Positions 24,251 to 37,547 of a stretch of DNA of 64,000 nucleotides are shown here, piece after piece (the first letter of the stretch is position 1; every line of letters begins with the position of its first letter). Where the stretch lies: NCBI GenBank assembly GCA_031835245.2, contig JAVKOQ020000015.1:186001-250000 (forward strand). Direction: 5' to 3'. Position numbers and translations under genes: made by a program. Source of the DNA: Balamuthia mandrillaris. Its lineage: Eukaryota. The notes under the pieces were generated by a model, which was given only the letters and a program-made list of their open reading frames with translations, did no database searches and was not told where the DNA came from.

Positions 24251-27200
24251 TCACGCAGAAAGTTCTTTGGCCTTTTGCAACTTCTTGATGATGTCTCGGA
24301 ATGAAGGTCTGCCGTCACAGCAACAGACACAGACGAGGATGGAAGATGAAGATGATGTGATCAGAAAATGCTCAAGTTAGAACTATACCCATTGAAGAGA
24401 AGAGAGTAGAAGAAAGAGAAGTATCAAAAGAAGAGGGGAGTTGCCTTTTCTTGGAATCCAATTGGCAACATTCTTGCAACAAGGTGTGCAATATTTGCGG
24501 AGCGGAAGGAGGCACGGTGAGCACCTCTCCATTCATAACAGAAAGAACCACCTGAGCGTTGTTCTTGCCCGCGTATGGCTGTTCTCCTGGATTGACCATC
24601 TCCCACAGCAACACCCCATAACCTGTAGGAAAATGGAGCAGAGGCAGTGCACGAGGAAACAAACAATTTGGTTGGTGCAAGAAGAGAAGCGAGCGACAAA
24701 GAGAACGACGAAGCGAAGAGAAGAGAACGACGAAGAGAACGATGAAAAGAAGAGAACGATGAGGAGAAGAGAAGAAAACGCACTCCAGACGTCTGATTTT
24801 TCTGTGGCTTGGCCTTTTCCGTCCAGAGCTTCTGGAGCAGTCCATCTTACTGGAACCTTTGACTCTCCAGCTGATTCATCCACCATGCTTGACAGACCGA
24901 AGTCTGGTTTCATTGGACGTCAGAAATGAAGGAAAAAGAGAAAATGGAGGGAGAACAGAAGGAAGAAGAAGATGAAGGAGAAGAAGGAGAAGAAGGCAAA
25001 CCTCCAACTTTGATGGAAAGATCTGAGGTGAGGAGAATGTTGCGAGCAGCAAGGTCGCGATGGATGATGCCTTCGGAGTGCAAGTGGTGCATGCCTCGGG
25101 CCACCTGAATGGCCATTTTGATGATGGGCTGCTACCCTTCTGCCGGGTGTTTGCGAAGGAAATGCTTGAGGTCTCCTTTTTCCAAGTACTCCGTCACCAA
25201 ACACCACGGGTGGTCCTCTTCCATGCACACCCCATACAATTGCACCACATTCGCGTGAGGTCTCAGATTCCTATCACTGAATGAAAGAAGGCAAGAAAGG
25301 AAGAGAAAGCAAAAAGCAAAGGGCCTCAAAAGAAAGAAAGAAAGAAACGACAAGAAAGAAAGAAACGACAAGAAAGAGAGAGAATGTTTGAGTACTTCAA
25401 GATGTCCATTTCAGCTTTGAAGTTCTCTTTGAGGGCGGGAGATTCCATGATCCCGTTGAACTGCATGCATCAAAAACGAACCACCATCACCATGTGAGAT
25501 TCTCTCCAACAGGAGGAGAAATGAACAAGGAGAACGTACCAATTTGATAGCGACAGGCGTTTCTCTCCAGTTGCCTCGCCACACCACACCGAAACCTCTG
25601 TTTCACACGCACATTTGTTCACATACCAGAAGAAGAAAAAGGAGGCGAGGAGAACGGGACGCACCCTTTGCCGATCACCTCAATGAACTCCAGTTCGGAG
25701 AAAGGGATTTCCCATTGGATGCCTCTCCCCTCTGACCCTGAGGACTGCTGTTTGGAGGCACGAGAGCTGGGAAACTCTTTGGGGTCCGCGTAGACTTCCA
25801 ATTCATCGGCACACTCCAGGTCCTCCATTTCTCTCCTCTTCCTCTGCAGTGCGGCTCGTCGTCGGCGATAAACAATGCACGCCACGGTGGGGATGAGGAG
25901 GAGGATCAAGAGCAGTCCACCTCCTATGGTGACCCACATCCACTTGTCTGTGAAACACTCTGGATTGCTTTCTCCTCTCGAAGAGGAGGAAGAAGTGGAA
26001 GCAGAAGAAGTGTCATCTATATCAACCACAAAAACTAAGCGTGAGTTACATCAAGACAGGCGAAGGGAACGCAAAGAGGAGCGTACCATGCACAAAATGG
26101 AAGCTCAAAGGTTGAACAACAGGGTTTTGGATGGTGTTTGGGAAAGAGCTGTTGCATTCCACCTTAACCTCCAACTCTCTTACTCGGCGATCCACAGACA
26201 GGAAGACTTGAACTTCAGAGGCTGTTCCTGCTCTCATTTCCTGGATAGTGCATTCAGTTAACCAAAAGGGAAGCCCAGTGGAGGTGAACAGCACTCCATG
26301 GTCCACACAATCCGGGGAAATCAAGGAGGAGGACGAGATCAGAGGAGCATCCGAGCCTTGAAAAATGAGGTTGCAGTTCACATCCCTTGCGAATCCTGCC
26401 CCTGAAATGTTAGCCTCCAGAAACACGACAACGGTTTCATTAAAGAGGATGGCTTCATAGTATGTTTTCTTGCCCATGTCACCCTGAGAATTGTGGTGAG
26501 TATTGTCTTGCAAACCAAGCAAGCATCACGGGTGACCTCACCTGCTTTCTTTTTTTTTTTGGGCTGTTGGCGTCCCTTCCGTCCGTGATGCCTTTGTGCT
26601 CTCGTTCTGTCTCCGCTTCCTTATCTGAGGGCCAGGCGCCAATATCAACACGGACATCAACGTCGCCCAGCTCTTCAATGAACATCACATTCAAAGAAGG
26701 CTGTTCTCCTCCAACCACAAGACCTGCTTCATCCAGACAAGCGAAAGAAACATCAAAAGTTGGGGTGCCTGCAAGATCAGACAAAGCAGAGACGGAAATG
26801 CTGGGGGTGGTGTTGCCTGGGGCAGCATCCACCTGGCAAGAGACCCTGAGATGTGGGTGGTAACTTGCCTCACAGTTGGAGGCTTGCGCCACGCTGCCTT
26901 CAAAGCGAAGAGCAGCAACGGAGAAGTCCCAGGTGCAAATGGATCTCAAGGAAGAGGAAGGACCCTCATTGTGGATGAGGGAAGTGATGTTGGCAACTGA
27001 ATGGATGTAGAGACTTCCCCCAGTTGCGTCTGTAAGTTCGCAGGCACAAAAAAGTAAGAAAGAAAGAAAGAAAGAAGAACGAAAGAAAGAAAGAAAGAAA
27101 CGAAAAGAAAGAATGAGGCGAAAAGTTAAAAAGGACGTTGTGAAAGAAAGAAAGAAAAGCAAAATGAAAGGACAGAATGAAAAAGATGTTGTCATACCAG

Positions 27201-28307
27201 CGAAAGATTGGGTGAGATTCCAAAGAGAAGTGACATTGAAGTTGTGCACCTGCGAAAGCATGGAGTTCACGCTTCCAAACACAAAACAATTGTCTGCCTC
27301 GATGGTTATCATCCCACGATAATCAGGAGATGGAAGAATGACCACTTCGGTGATGGAGCCTAATGAGAGATCATTCGCATGTTAAACATATATTCATATT
27401 TTGTTAAGAAACCAACCTTCAGTCATAGGGATTATGTCGCCAGTTCCGTTGCACCTCAACCGGTTGGCGTCTTCAAGCATTTGGCAATTCGGAGTGAGAA
27501 CCACAAACTCTGGATGGGATGTTTTGATGTCACATACTGAGTCTCTGGCGTTGGATGGGCCAAAGTTCCCCACCCATACCTCCATCACAGAAGGCTTCCC
27601 AGCTATATGGAGGAACGGTTGAGAATGAATGGAAGAATTCAACGAGACCACTGCCTCTCCTGTGGTGAAGCTCAATGCCGCTTCGTTAAAGGCGGTAACC
27701 GCTGCCCACTTCCACTCGGGATACGCTGTGGGAAAAGCAAAGTGAGTCACATCAGTGCTGCGAGGGAGGGAAGAACGTGAAGCAGGTGCGTTCATACTGA
27801 ATCTCCTGTTGTTCCAAACTCCCTTGCCATCATTTATCTTTTTGCGGATAGCACCAAAAGGAATCGCAATGTCAACCTTAAAAATGACCTCGTTAAAGCG
27901 GCAATAGGGTTCATCTGGGGTCGCCATGTAACAAATTGCCCAAACGTCATCGGTGAAGCACTGCTTGTTGAAGCAATCCCATTCCGAACTGGGGTCGCTT
28001 TTGATGATTCCAGCTGGTTTGAGTGTGGTTTTGGGGGAGCGTTAGCAAGTGAATAATGAAAGAAGTGAAAAAGCAGGAAGAGAAAACACCTACCGTTTCC
28101 TTGCACCAAGGAACTTGACTCTATATAGAATCTACAGGTGCCATAGTAAACACCTTGTATGTGCAGTTTGAAGCGGGCCTGGGTCGTTGTACCAGGGATG
28201 GGGTTTTCCACCCCAAGGAACGAGAATAACTGGGCTCCTCGTCCAACGTCCACTGCTGCGGACAAGCTCAACGCCAGCAGAAGCTCCCAACCAATACACC
28301 TGCGCAT
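24251..28307 (-). CDS. Receptor tyrosine kinase-like protein
   Basis: Signal peptide [18 protein letters not shown]; beta-rich ectodomain (two N.GPS motifs, DUF11-like); [27 protein letters not shown]; kinase [38 protein letters not shown]. Confidence 0.88.
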
Positions 28308-28801
28308 GGTCTTTTTAACCTGTGGGAAACTTGGCCTTTGATCGTTTGGTTTGTGTGGAGAGAAATGAAAACCAAAAATAGTGGACGAACAAACGGAAAC
28401 AAGAAATGACTCGCTGGTTTTTTCCATTGGGGGTTAGATTGCCCACCAATCGCCGACCAAGGCAACAACAAGAAAAGATCTAGAGAAAGACGACTGGTTG
28501 CAAGCTCATCGTCGCAATTTGTGAACCAAATATAACAAAATTCTGCTGAAGTAAATTGTTGCCCTTTATTCATTCAACCCGTGGGCTACGGCAAGGAATT
28601 TTAATCATCGATTGCAGCAGCACACATGATGGAATAAATGAAAGGCCGCGCCGAATTTATTTCAAATAGGACAGAAGATACCCACCAAGAGAAGCCATCA
28701 GCAATAAAGGGAATATTCGAACACTCGGTTCGCTCACATATTGGTAACAAGTGCCCTGGGGTCAAAATATTACCCAGGTTTTGAAAGCATTTTCTCTGTA
28801 A

Positions 28802-28873
28802 AGCCCCATGGTGTAGTTGGTAACATGCGAGGTTCTGGTTCTCGCGCCCTCAGTTCGATTCTGGGTGGGGCTG
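28802..28873 (+). tRNA. tRNA-Gln(CTG)
   Basis: Cloverleaf: acceptor AGCCCCA/TGGGGCT, D-arm GTGT-AGTTGGTA-ACAT, anticodon stem CGAGG/TCTCG with loop TT-CTG-GT, T-arm CTCAG-TTCGATT-CTGGG. Confidence 0.9.
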
Positions 28874-28879
28874 TAACTC

Positions 28880-28887
28880 TTTTTTTG
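28880..28887 (+). terminator. Pol III oligo-T terminator of the tRNA
   Basis: T8 run just downstream of the tRNA 3' end. Confidence 0.7.
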
Positions 28888-29491
28888 ATCAGTGTCGACA
28901 ATTATACTGCTCGAAAAAAAAAGACGACGCAGCCGCTTTGCAAGAAACAAAGGAGTTGCAAGAAAAAGGATGGGAGGGAAGGACAGGAACACCTTTACCT
29001 TTGTTCCAAATTGCACCGTTCAAAGAGCAGAACGGAAGATGTTGTTGGTACGGGCGGAGGAAAGAAGCGATGGCAACGATGATTTTTTAGCCCTCAGTTG
29101 TTCGAACGCTCTGATAAGCTTTTCTAACTGCACCTTTCACCACTGTACCTCAGCTTTCTCTGCAGAGAAATAGACAAAGTGGCACCACCAAAGAACACAG
29201 GTTTGAGTTTGTCAGTCGGTAGACCGACGCGCAATGATTCAGTTAGATAGTAGTCCTTGTCGACACTGGTAAAGTAGCAGCGAAGCCCAAGGACTTTTTT
29301 TGCCACCCTTTTTTCCCTTGCCATTTCCTTTTGCCCTTTGCCCTTTTATCGATAGATTTCAAATAAAATGTAAAAATCCAATTTTTCAACATTATCGTTG
29401 GCTACATTGGGTTTGAGGCGCATCATGCATCGTGTCGTCACGGCCAAAAGAGGTAGAGCCAAGAAGCAAAAAAGAAACAAAAAAAAGGACG

Positions 29492-30345
29492 ATGCAAGCC
29501 GCCTCCTCGCTGTTGCCGTTCTCGCGGAGCGTGGCCACCCGTTCGGCCGGTGCTGCGCTTGTTGCGGCGCCCAATGGGCTCGCGAGGGGTTCTTTGTGCG
29601 CTGTTGTTGTTCCCTCTGGTCCGGTCCACCAATCCCGCCGCGGCTACGCCTTGAAAAGCGGCAGCGATGCTTACTACCTCGACAGCAACCGCCCTCCCAA
29701 CGATGAAAAACCCGTTCCCGCCTTCCTTGGTGGCGTTCCCTTTTCTCCTCTCTCTCCCTCTCTCTATTACTTTCTTTTTTCACCTCAAAAGCTTCCTTCT
29801 CACCTCCTTGGCATTCGTTCAATCCAACTTCCTCAGAGCGCGACAAAGCTAAAATGCTGGACGTCTTCAACGTGGAGATTCCCTTCCGCTGGGGGCAGAC
29901 GCCTCACCTCAGGGAGACCCCTGCCACCGCTCGCCGCAGGGCCAACCGCCGCCGCCTCACGGAGATCCGCAAACGGGCCTTTGACTACGTGCAGGACACG
30001 CTGAGTCGCGAGGCGGAGCGTTTCCGCCAGGAGAGAGAGCAGATTGAGCGTTGGAAGCAAATCCGGCGCGAGCAAAAGCTGTCCCGCTGGCTCGTCAAGA
30101 TGAGGCACCAGGAGGAGGTGGACAGGGAGGTCCGCCAGGAGATCGAGCAGCACAAGCAGAGGAAGCTGAGGATGTGGCAGCTCAGGCAGGAGGAGCAGCA
30201 CAAGGCCCGGCTGGAGTTCCTCAGGGCGTTGGAGGAGGAGAAGGACAGATTCGAGCTGACGGACCTGCCCAAGATGTTGGAGCTGAAGAACCAGCGCTAT
30301 GCAACCTGGATGAGCATGCCTTGGTTCCGCGAGGAGAATTCTTAA
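29492..30345 (+). CDS. Coiled-coil protein with a mitochondrial presequence (possibly mitoribosomal mS26-like)
   Basis: Arg/Ser/Ala-rich N-terminus ending RRGY; one intron (~29731-29836); long E/R/K helical region. The mS26 assignment is a guess. Confidence 0.55.
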
Positions 30346-30446
30346 ACAACACGCCACACTCTTACAATAGCACTTCTTCTGTTTGTTTTTCTTCCATTTC
30401 ACAACGGGGAAGGTTTTTGTTGATTCCTGTTCAGTGGCATGAACGG

Positions 30447-30526
30447 AAAGAAGAAGAAGAAGAAGAAGAAGAAGAAGAAGAAGAAGAAGAAGAAGAACAA
30501 GAAGAAGAACAGGAAGAACAAGAACA
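30447..30526. repeat. (GAA)n repeat, intergenic
   Basis: Direct observation. Confidence 0.9.
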
Positions 30527-30742
30527 AGCAGCTGAGCCTCTCTGTCTCGCCTGACCGTTTATCCCTTGCAAGCTGCTCAATTGCTTCAGTTTTTGTCCAA
30601 TTCTTGAGCACGATATCACGATTATGAAATACGATTGGTTTCATTTTCGTCGACACCAAGGCTTTTGAATTCCCATTGGAAGAACCAAGAACAGGGTAAC
30701 AGAAAAAAGAAAGAAAAAGAAAGAGATCAACAACAAAAAAAA

Positions 30743-31100
30743 ATGGAAGATGAGGAGGAAGTCTTTTTGAGATGGGTCAAAGAAGGGGACTTGGATGCCG
30801 TAACCAAACGTGTGGAAGCCTTGGAAAAAAAAGTTCAAAAGGAGGAGGAGGAAGAAGAGGAAGAGGAAGTGGAGGAAGACGAGGAAGAAAGGAAGAAGAA
30901 AGACAAGGCAACAAGGCAAAGAGTGGAGGCGTTGGTGAACGCGAAAGAGAAATCAGGGCACCTCCGAACGTGCCTGCACTACGCCTGCGAAAAGGGACAT
31001 ATTCCCATGATCGACTTTCTTCTCTCCAAAGGCGCTGGTTTGATGCTTTTTATCTTTCTTCTCTTTGTCCCTCTCTCCTTCTCTCCCTCTGTCCTTCCTT

Positions 31101-31136
<36 letters not shown>

Positions 31137-34105
31137 CTTATCATTTTTGTTTTTTTTTAAAGAACAAAGCAAAGACGTAAAAGACAAATATGAGCTCACG
31201 CCGTTCTTTGCTGCCGTCAAACAAAACTGCGGCGAGGCTGTGGCCTACCTCCTTAGCCTTGGCTTTGACCCCAACGTTACCTCCGGCAGCAGTAAAGAAA
31301 CACCTGTTCGTCTTTTCTTTTCTCTTTAGTCTTTTTCCTCTTATGTTTTGTCTTCTGTCTTATCGTTTCTCAGCGTCTCTCGTCTCTCGTCTCTCGTCTC
31401 TCGTCTCTCGTCTCTCGTCTCTCGTCTCTCGTCTCTCTTCTCTCTTCTCTCTTCTCCCTTCTCTCTTCTCCCTCATCTCTCTTCTCTCCTATCTCTCGTC
31501 CCTCTCGTCTCTCTTCTCCCTCGTCTCTCTCGTCTCTTTTGTCCCTCTTGTCCTTCGTGTCCCTCGTCTCTCGTCTCTCGTCTCTCTCGTATCTCTCTCT
31601 CTCTCTTCTCGTTCTGATCTCATGTTTCTCTCACAATCCTATGCTCTAAAAGTTGCTTTGGGCTGTGGCTTATGGCAAACCAGATCTCATCCAAGTGTTG
31701 TTGCCGTCCAAGTCTGTAGACTTTCTTGTCATTCCTCTTCTTCTCTTCCTTCCTGTTGTTCTCAACTAACTTTTCTTCTCTTTTTCCTCTCTTTCCTTAT
31801 TTCCTCTTCCTTTCTTTCTATCCTCTTTTGTTATTCTTATTCCTTTTGCTCGCTATCCTTTCTTTCTTTCTTTCTTTTTTGTTGTTACAAAAACAAAAGA
31901 GAAGAAGCTTCTTCTCAATCAGCACAGATGAAACAAACGAATGTGAATCACAAAGGAGAGGGTTCTTATCAAGGACGAACCCCGCTCCACATCGTGGCAG
32001 CCAATGGACGTACTGACGTCCTTTCTCGTCTTCTTGGTTTGTTCATTTGTATCAGATTTTACGTTGTTTATCAACATATTTAACTTGTGTATTTTTTTTT
32101 CAAAATATTAGAGAATGGGGCAGATGTCGAAGCAGTTGATAATGACAACAGAACTCCTATTTTCTCTGCTGTGAAGTATCATAGAGAGGAAGTTCTTCAA
32201 ATGCTCATTCAGGCTGGAGGTTTTCTTTCTTTCTTTGCTTTCTTTTTTTTTTGTTTTTCCGCTTATTTTAACTATAATAAACGCAGCAAATTTGGCTCAT
32301 AGAGATTTACACGGAAGAACGGCGTTACACTTTGCATGTGCTACGAATGACTTGAACTTGGTTCGTCTGTTGTTAGAAGCAGAGCCCAGCTTGTTGGAAG
32401 TGAAAGACAAAGTGAATCAGACGTGTCTCTTTTCGGCTGCTAAGTACTTTAAGGAACCAAGCGTGTTGGAATATTTGATCGACGTACGTAACCACAAAGG
32501 AGAGGGAAGTAAGCAGAGGGCTTAACTTTTTACAAAACAACAGACAAAAGGCGCGAATATCAATGTTAGAGATAGACTAGGTCGCACACCTCTTCACGTA
32601 GCAAGTGCCAGTGGAAAGTTGGATGCTGTTGGTCAGTTCTCATCCCTTGTCTTTCAGCTCAATTTTCTCATACCACTTTTGTTCTTCTTTCAGAGTTAAT
32701 GTTGGAAAAAGGGGCATTGCCTGATATTCAAGACAATAAGAAACAAACTCCACTTTACTCCGCGATAAAGTTCGGGTGTACTGATGTGCTCATCCATTTA
32801 TTGCAAGCCAAACCTTCTCATATTTCCCTTACCGACCTTTCTGGATCCACTCCTCTTCATCATGCTGGTTCTTCTTCTTCTGCTTCTTGTTCTTCTTCTT
32901 TTCTTCTTTCCTTTATCCACTTACACTGAATACGCTAACACAACTTACTATTGCAGTCAAGGAAAAAAGCCTGGAATCGGTTAGAGTGTTGTTGCAACAA
33001 CCAAACTTGGAGGTTCACCAAAAAGACAAACTGGGAAAGACACCGTTCGACTATGCCGTAACAAGCGACATTCGAGATGAGTTTCTCAGTTATTTTGCTG
33101 CCAACAACAAAAATAACAACAATACGAGTCCATTATCATCACTATTTTCTAAAAAGCGGAAGGCAACTGATGGTTCTTCTTCGGCTTCTGCAAACGATGA
33201 AATTGAAGTTATTGATGTAGATGCTATTTCTTCCTCCACTTCGTCTTCTTCTTCTTCGTCATCTTCTGGAACGGTACTCAGTTCTGCTTTCTTTCCAACG
33301 ACTGCAACAGCCATTTCTCCACCAAAATATCGGCGTTCTTCTTTAGAACAAAGCGTTGGTAGCTCGGATAAAAAGAAAGAAAACGACGAGGACCAGCAAA
33401 AAGATAGAGCAAAAGAAGAGGAAGCGGATGAGGATCATTATATCAATGAGGATAAACACGCAGATGCGGAAGATGGATATGACCTCTCCACGATGGCTTA
33501 CGATTGGCCACGAACACAACAACTCCAGAAGGAGAAAGAAAAAGAGAAGGAAGGACGGAAGAGAGAAAACGTTCTCGTACGCCAACCGACCGATGAAACT
33601 TTTTCTTATGGATTGAACGATGGCGCAGATTTGAATGTGAACGGCGTTGAAAACGAGCAGATGAACCAAACGGCGTTGTATGGTGCTGTAGGCTCGAGTA
33701 CGATCAAATCTATTTCTGGAAAAGATGGTTCGTTTTGTTTCGCTTTCTCATTCTTCTTTTCTCATTCTTGTTTGTTTTGCTTTTTCTGTACTAGTACATA
33801 TTGGAAACTCGGAAATATTGCGAATGTGGGAGATTAAACCCGAAGAATTACGTATGGGAGAACGGCTTGGAAGTGGTGCCTTTGGAACAGTTTTCAGTTT
33901 TGTTTCTCCTCCTTTTTGTTCCGTCAATTATTGCTTTTGCTTAGCAGTCTCTTCCAGCCTACTGACAACTACTGTTTACTTTTCGTTTGTTTTTAATTTT
34001 AAGAGGGGACGTGGCGAAGCAGCGAAGTTGCTATCAAAACGTTACACAATCAAAGCACGAGTGCTCTGAAAATGTTCTTCAAAGAAGTTCAGCTTATGTG
34101 GTAAT

Positions 34106-34142
<37 letters not shown>

Positions 34143-35438
34143 CTCTCGTTTCTTTTTTAACTTAAGTTTTTTCAACCTTATAGTAAATTGCGGCATCAAA
34201 ACATTGTACAGGTAAAAGTTTGAAGATAGCTTAAGTGAAGAACGAAAGAAGTGAACTTTTAATGTGCTTACTTTAAATTTTAAAAACAGTATTATGGAGT
34301 GTGCATGCATCCTTCGCAGCGGTGCCTTGTGATGGAGTATCTTCCAGAAAACTTAAACGCGTTGATAAAGCAAGGCCCCATCGAATTATCTTTGCTAGTT
34401 ATGATCGCTAAAGTACGTTTTTTTATCGCCGTAAAAAAGAGAAGAGGAAAAGCAAATAGAACAAAAGGCGAGCGACTGATTGTTGTCTTTTTCTAATGTT
34501 TATCAAAAAGGGAATAGCGCAAGGAATGCACTATCTCCACTGTTCAAGTACGTTACCTTCCTCAAGTGACACCATCACACGGAGTCTAACAAAATTCGTC
34601 TTTCTTGTTAGATGTTATACACAGAGACCTGAAACCATCTAACATCCTGGTTTGGAGATATTTCTTTTGTTTTGTGTTTCCCTGACCATTCCTTCTCTCT
34701 CTCTCTCTCTCTCTCTCAGTTGGATAACCACTGGAACCCGAAGCTTTGTGATGTGCGTTATCTTTCTCCTCCTAGTTTTGCTTTTTTATTCTAATTTCTT
34801 TTTTGCTTTTATTCCAGTTTGGTGTCTCGCGAGAAAGTGATAGCACAGCTACTATGACAGGGCTCGGGACTCCCTTATACATGGCCCCTGGTTGGTTTTG
34901 TGCCTTTCTTTTACTTTATGCATTTTCTTATTTTTGTCATTCAGAAATGTTGCAAACTAAGCACTATGGTTCGAAGATCGACGTTTACGCCTTCGCCATG
35001 GTTCTATGGTTATCTTTTCACTCTCTCTGTGCACTTTTCTCTTCTCTTATTTCTTTTCTTTTCTTTAGTTCGATTCAACAACTGCTTATCATCTTTCGAA
35101 TCTGTTAAACAGGCGGATGGTGACAGGAAGAAAGCTTCAAGATGGATACGAGCTTTCTATGCAGGACCTATCTCCCATTCAACTGGCATTCAAGGTTTGT
35201 ATCGAGAAACTTCGGCCCTCCATTCCTTCAGACTGTAGTCCCGTGTTGGCCTCCCTTTTGACTTCCTGTTGGGACGATGACCCTGCAAAACGGTTCGTTC
35301 GTTTTTTCTTTGTTTGCGTTTCTCTTCTCTCTGCCGCTTTCATTCCTAACTTGTTTTTTTTCCTTCAATGAACGTGTGCGACAAACACAAAGACCAAATT
35401 TTGCTGAAATCATTACCACGTTAAAGTCGTTAGAATGA
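30743..35438 (+). CDS. Ankyrin-repeat tyrosine-kinase-like (TKL) protein kinase
   Basis: Many ANK repeats (TCLHYAC, TPLHIVA, TALHFAC, TPLHVAS, TPLHHA); kinase WEIKPEEL..GERLGSGAFG, HRDLKPSN, GTPLYMAPE, DVYAFAMVLW, RPNF. Confidence 0.9.
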
Positions 35439-35717
35439 TTATTCTTCATCTAAAGAAAAATGGTGTCACCACTTTTGCTTTTTTTGTTGGATCAAGCGAA
35501 GAAGCGAACACCGGTTCAAAGTTTCATTTCCTCTTGAGGGATCATTTCTTTCTTCTCCTCTCTGAGTTGGTTGTTGCCTGAGAAGCTTGTATCTCTTCTG
35601 CTTCCTTTTCTTTTGAACCAATCCAAAATCAAAACGTTCATTTAATTAATTTATATTCACAAATCAGAATTCAAAGTATGTACAAAAACCATTGGTAGAT
35701 CATCTCGATCAACCACG

Positions 35718-36336
35718 TCACCCGCAAAAGGCAGCCAATGGGTAAACAGAAGAGGCAGCAAGAGGAGCCTCGGCGCCAGCCTCCCTCCGTCCTGCTTCAT
35801 CCCTTCTTCCTTCTTCTCCCTCATCGCTATTCTTTTGTTTCTTTCCTTGGCTCTCTTCCAGTCTCGCCACAAAGCTGCACCCTTCCGTCTTTTTGTGTTG
35901 CTGCTGTTGTTGGAACACCTCTCTTTTGCGTTTGCCAGGTAACAACAGCCTCCAGTCCTCTGTTTTGCTTTTGTTCACTTGGTCCTCTTCTTCTCCTTCT
36001 TCTTCCTCTCCTTCTTTTGTTTCGTTGTTGGCCGCGTTTTGGTGTGTCTCTTCATGAGGAGAAGAAGAAGTGTGATGCAAGGGGTGACCACGAGCCAAAC
36101 GAAGCACGTTTGCCAGGCCTTGCACTTCCGTTTTGGCCAGCCGCTTCGGTCCCTCTTTCTCCAGTCCTCCCACCAAATGCTCCACTCCTGCCATCTTCTG
36201 CAAAGAGAGCGAGAGAAGTACCATAGTGAGAAAGAGAGAGAGAGAGAAAAAGAAAACGAAAGAAGAAGAAGAAAGAAGAATTGAGACAAAAAAAAAGTAC
36301 GTGGTGTCCTGTTGTGCTGTGTTGACTGCCCATCAT
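35718..36336 (-). CDS. Hypothetical small protein with possible N-myristoylation (MGSQHS)
   Basis: Exon MMGSQHSTTGHH splices in phase 0 (GTAC...TTTGCAG) to KMAGVEHLVGG...AAFCG*. Confidence 0.5.
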
Positions 36337-37547
36337 CCTTGTTTGCTTTTCTTCAAAAAACAAACGAAGAAAAAAAATGTGACACACAAACCTGTCCACC
36401 CTTCTGCTCACTCACTCACTCCTCCCTCCCCACCATAAAAACAACCACAGTTTCCTGTGGAGGCCTCATCGAGTGCCTGTGTAGAACAACGAAGTTTCCT
36501 CCAGTTTTGTTCACCTGTGCGAATTTCCCAAATGACATCACGTTGTCGCCGTTTTGGATAATTTAAACAGAGATCATCTTTGTCGACAGAAATCGGTTTT
36601 GTCCAGGAAAAAATTCGTATTCAATGTTTGCTTCGAAAGATAGGAAGCGGAGCTGCAGCAGTGGAAAATGGAAGGAAAACAGGCAGAAGATGGCGCGTTG
36701 CAACATACGAGTAAAAACAAAAAACGTAAAGACGGTTGACAGCTGGAGCACAGTATCTCCCTGGCATACAACCTTCAAAGAGAAGGAAATGGAGATATTT
36801 GGCTAACTCCTGAGAGGTTGTCCGATACCACCCTCCATATTTGCACAATGTTCTCTCCTCCTGAAACATTGGTGTCGTTCCAGGAAACCCATCAAAAATC
36901 TTATTTTTCTAAGTTTTTAGGGTAACAGAGCTATTTTTGGAGCGAAAATGGACTTCTCTCTTCGATTTGCCTTTTATAAGCCTGCATCTCCAAACCTGGA
37001 GGGTTGGATCTGCCGAATCTAAAGTTGGGCGCCAATCGCGTTCCGGCAGAATACAACCCGTCATCCATCAGGTGCCCTTCACCCTTTCCCCAAGATTCCT
37101 CCCCCAAAAGGAAGGCGCCATCAGGAGTTGTAGCCGATCAACCCCTCCGCTGGGTGGACCCAATTACACGCTTTGCCCCCTGCAAGGCGTCATCATTGGG
37201 TCTGCCATCTTCAAAGCTATCGAGATGGGGGGGTCGATGACCTCAAAGCGCGGGCTCGCTCTGCTACGCCTACAGGGAAAGGGCAGATGTACAACCCTGG
37301 GAGCAGTGCTTCGAAAAAAGAGGAGCAGAGAGGAGGGAATCAAACGGGAGGATAACATCTGTTCCGATGGCAGCATCCTTTTTATTTCAAATGGTTCATA
37401 TCATCATCCCTTCAAAGGTGGGTTTAAATGTTGGAGTTTCTCTTCATTTCTTCATTTTTCACTTTCGCTTTCTCGCAAAACAACAACACAAACCATTCAC
37501 AACCACAACAGTTTTTTTTCAGAGACCGGCGTTTCCCCCATCAGCCA

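Noticed and set aside
29124..29324. 66-aa ORF near the tRNA
   Set aside because: No recognisable domain and no consistent splice model.
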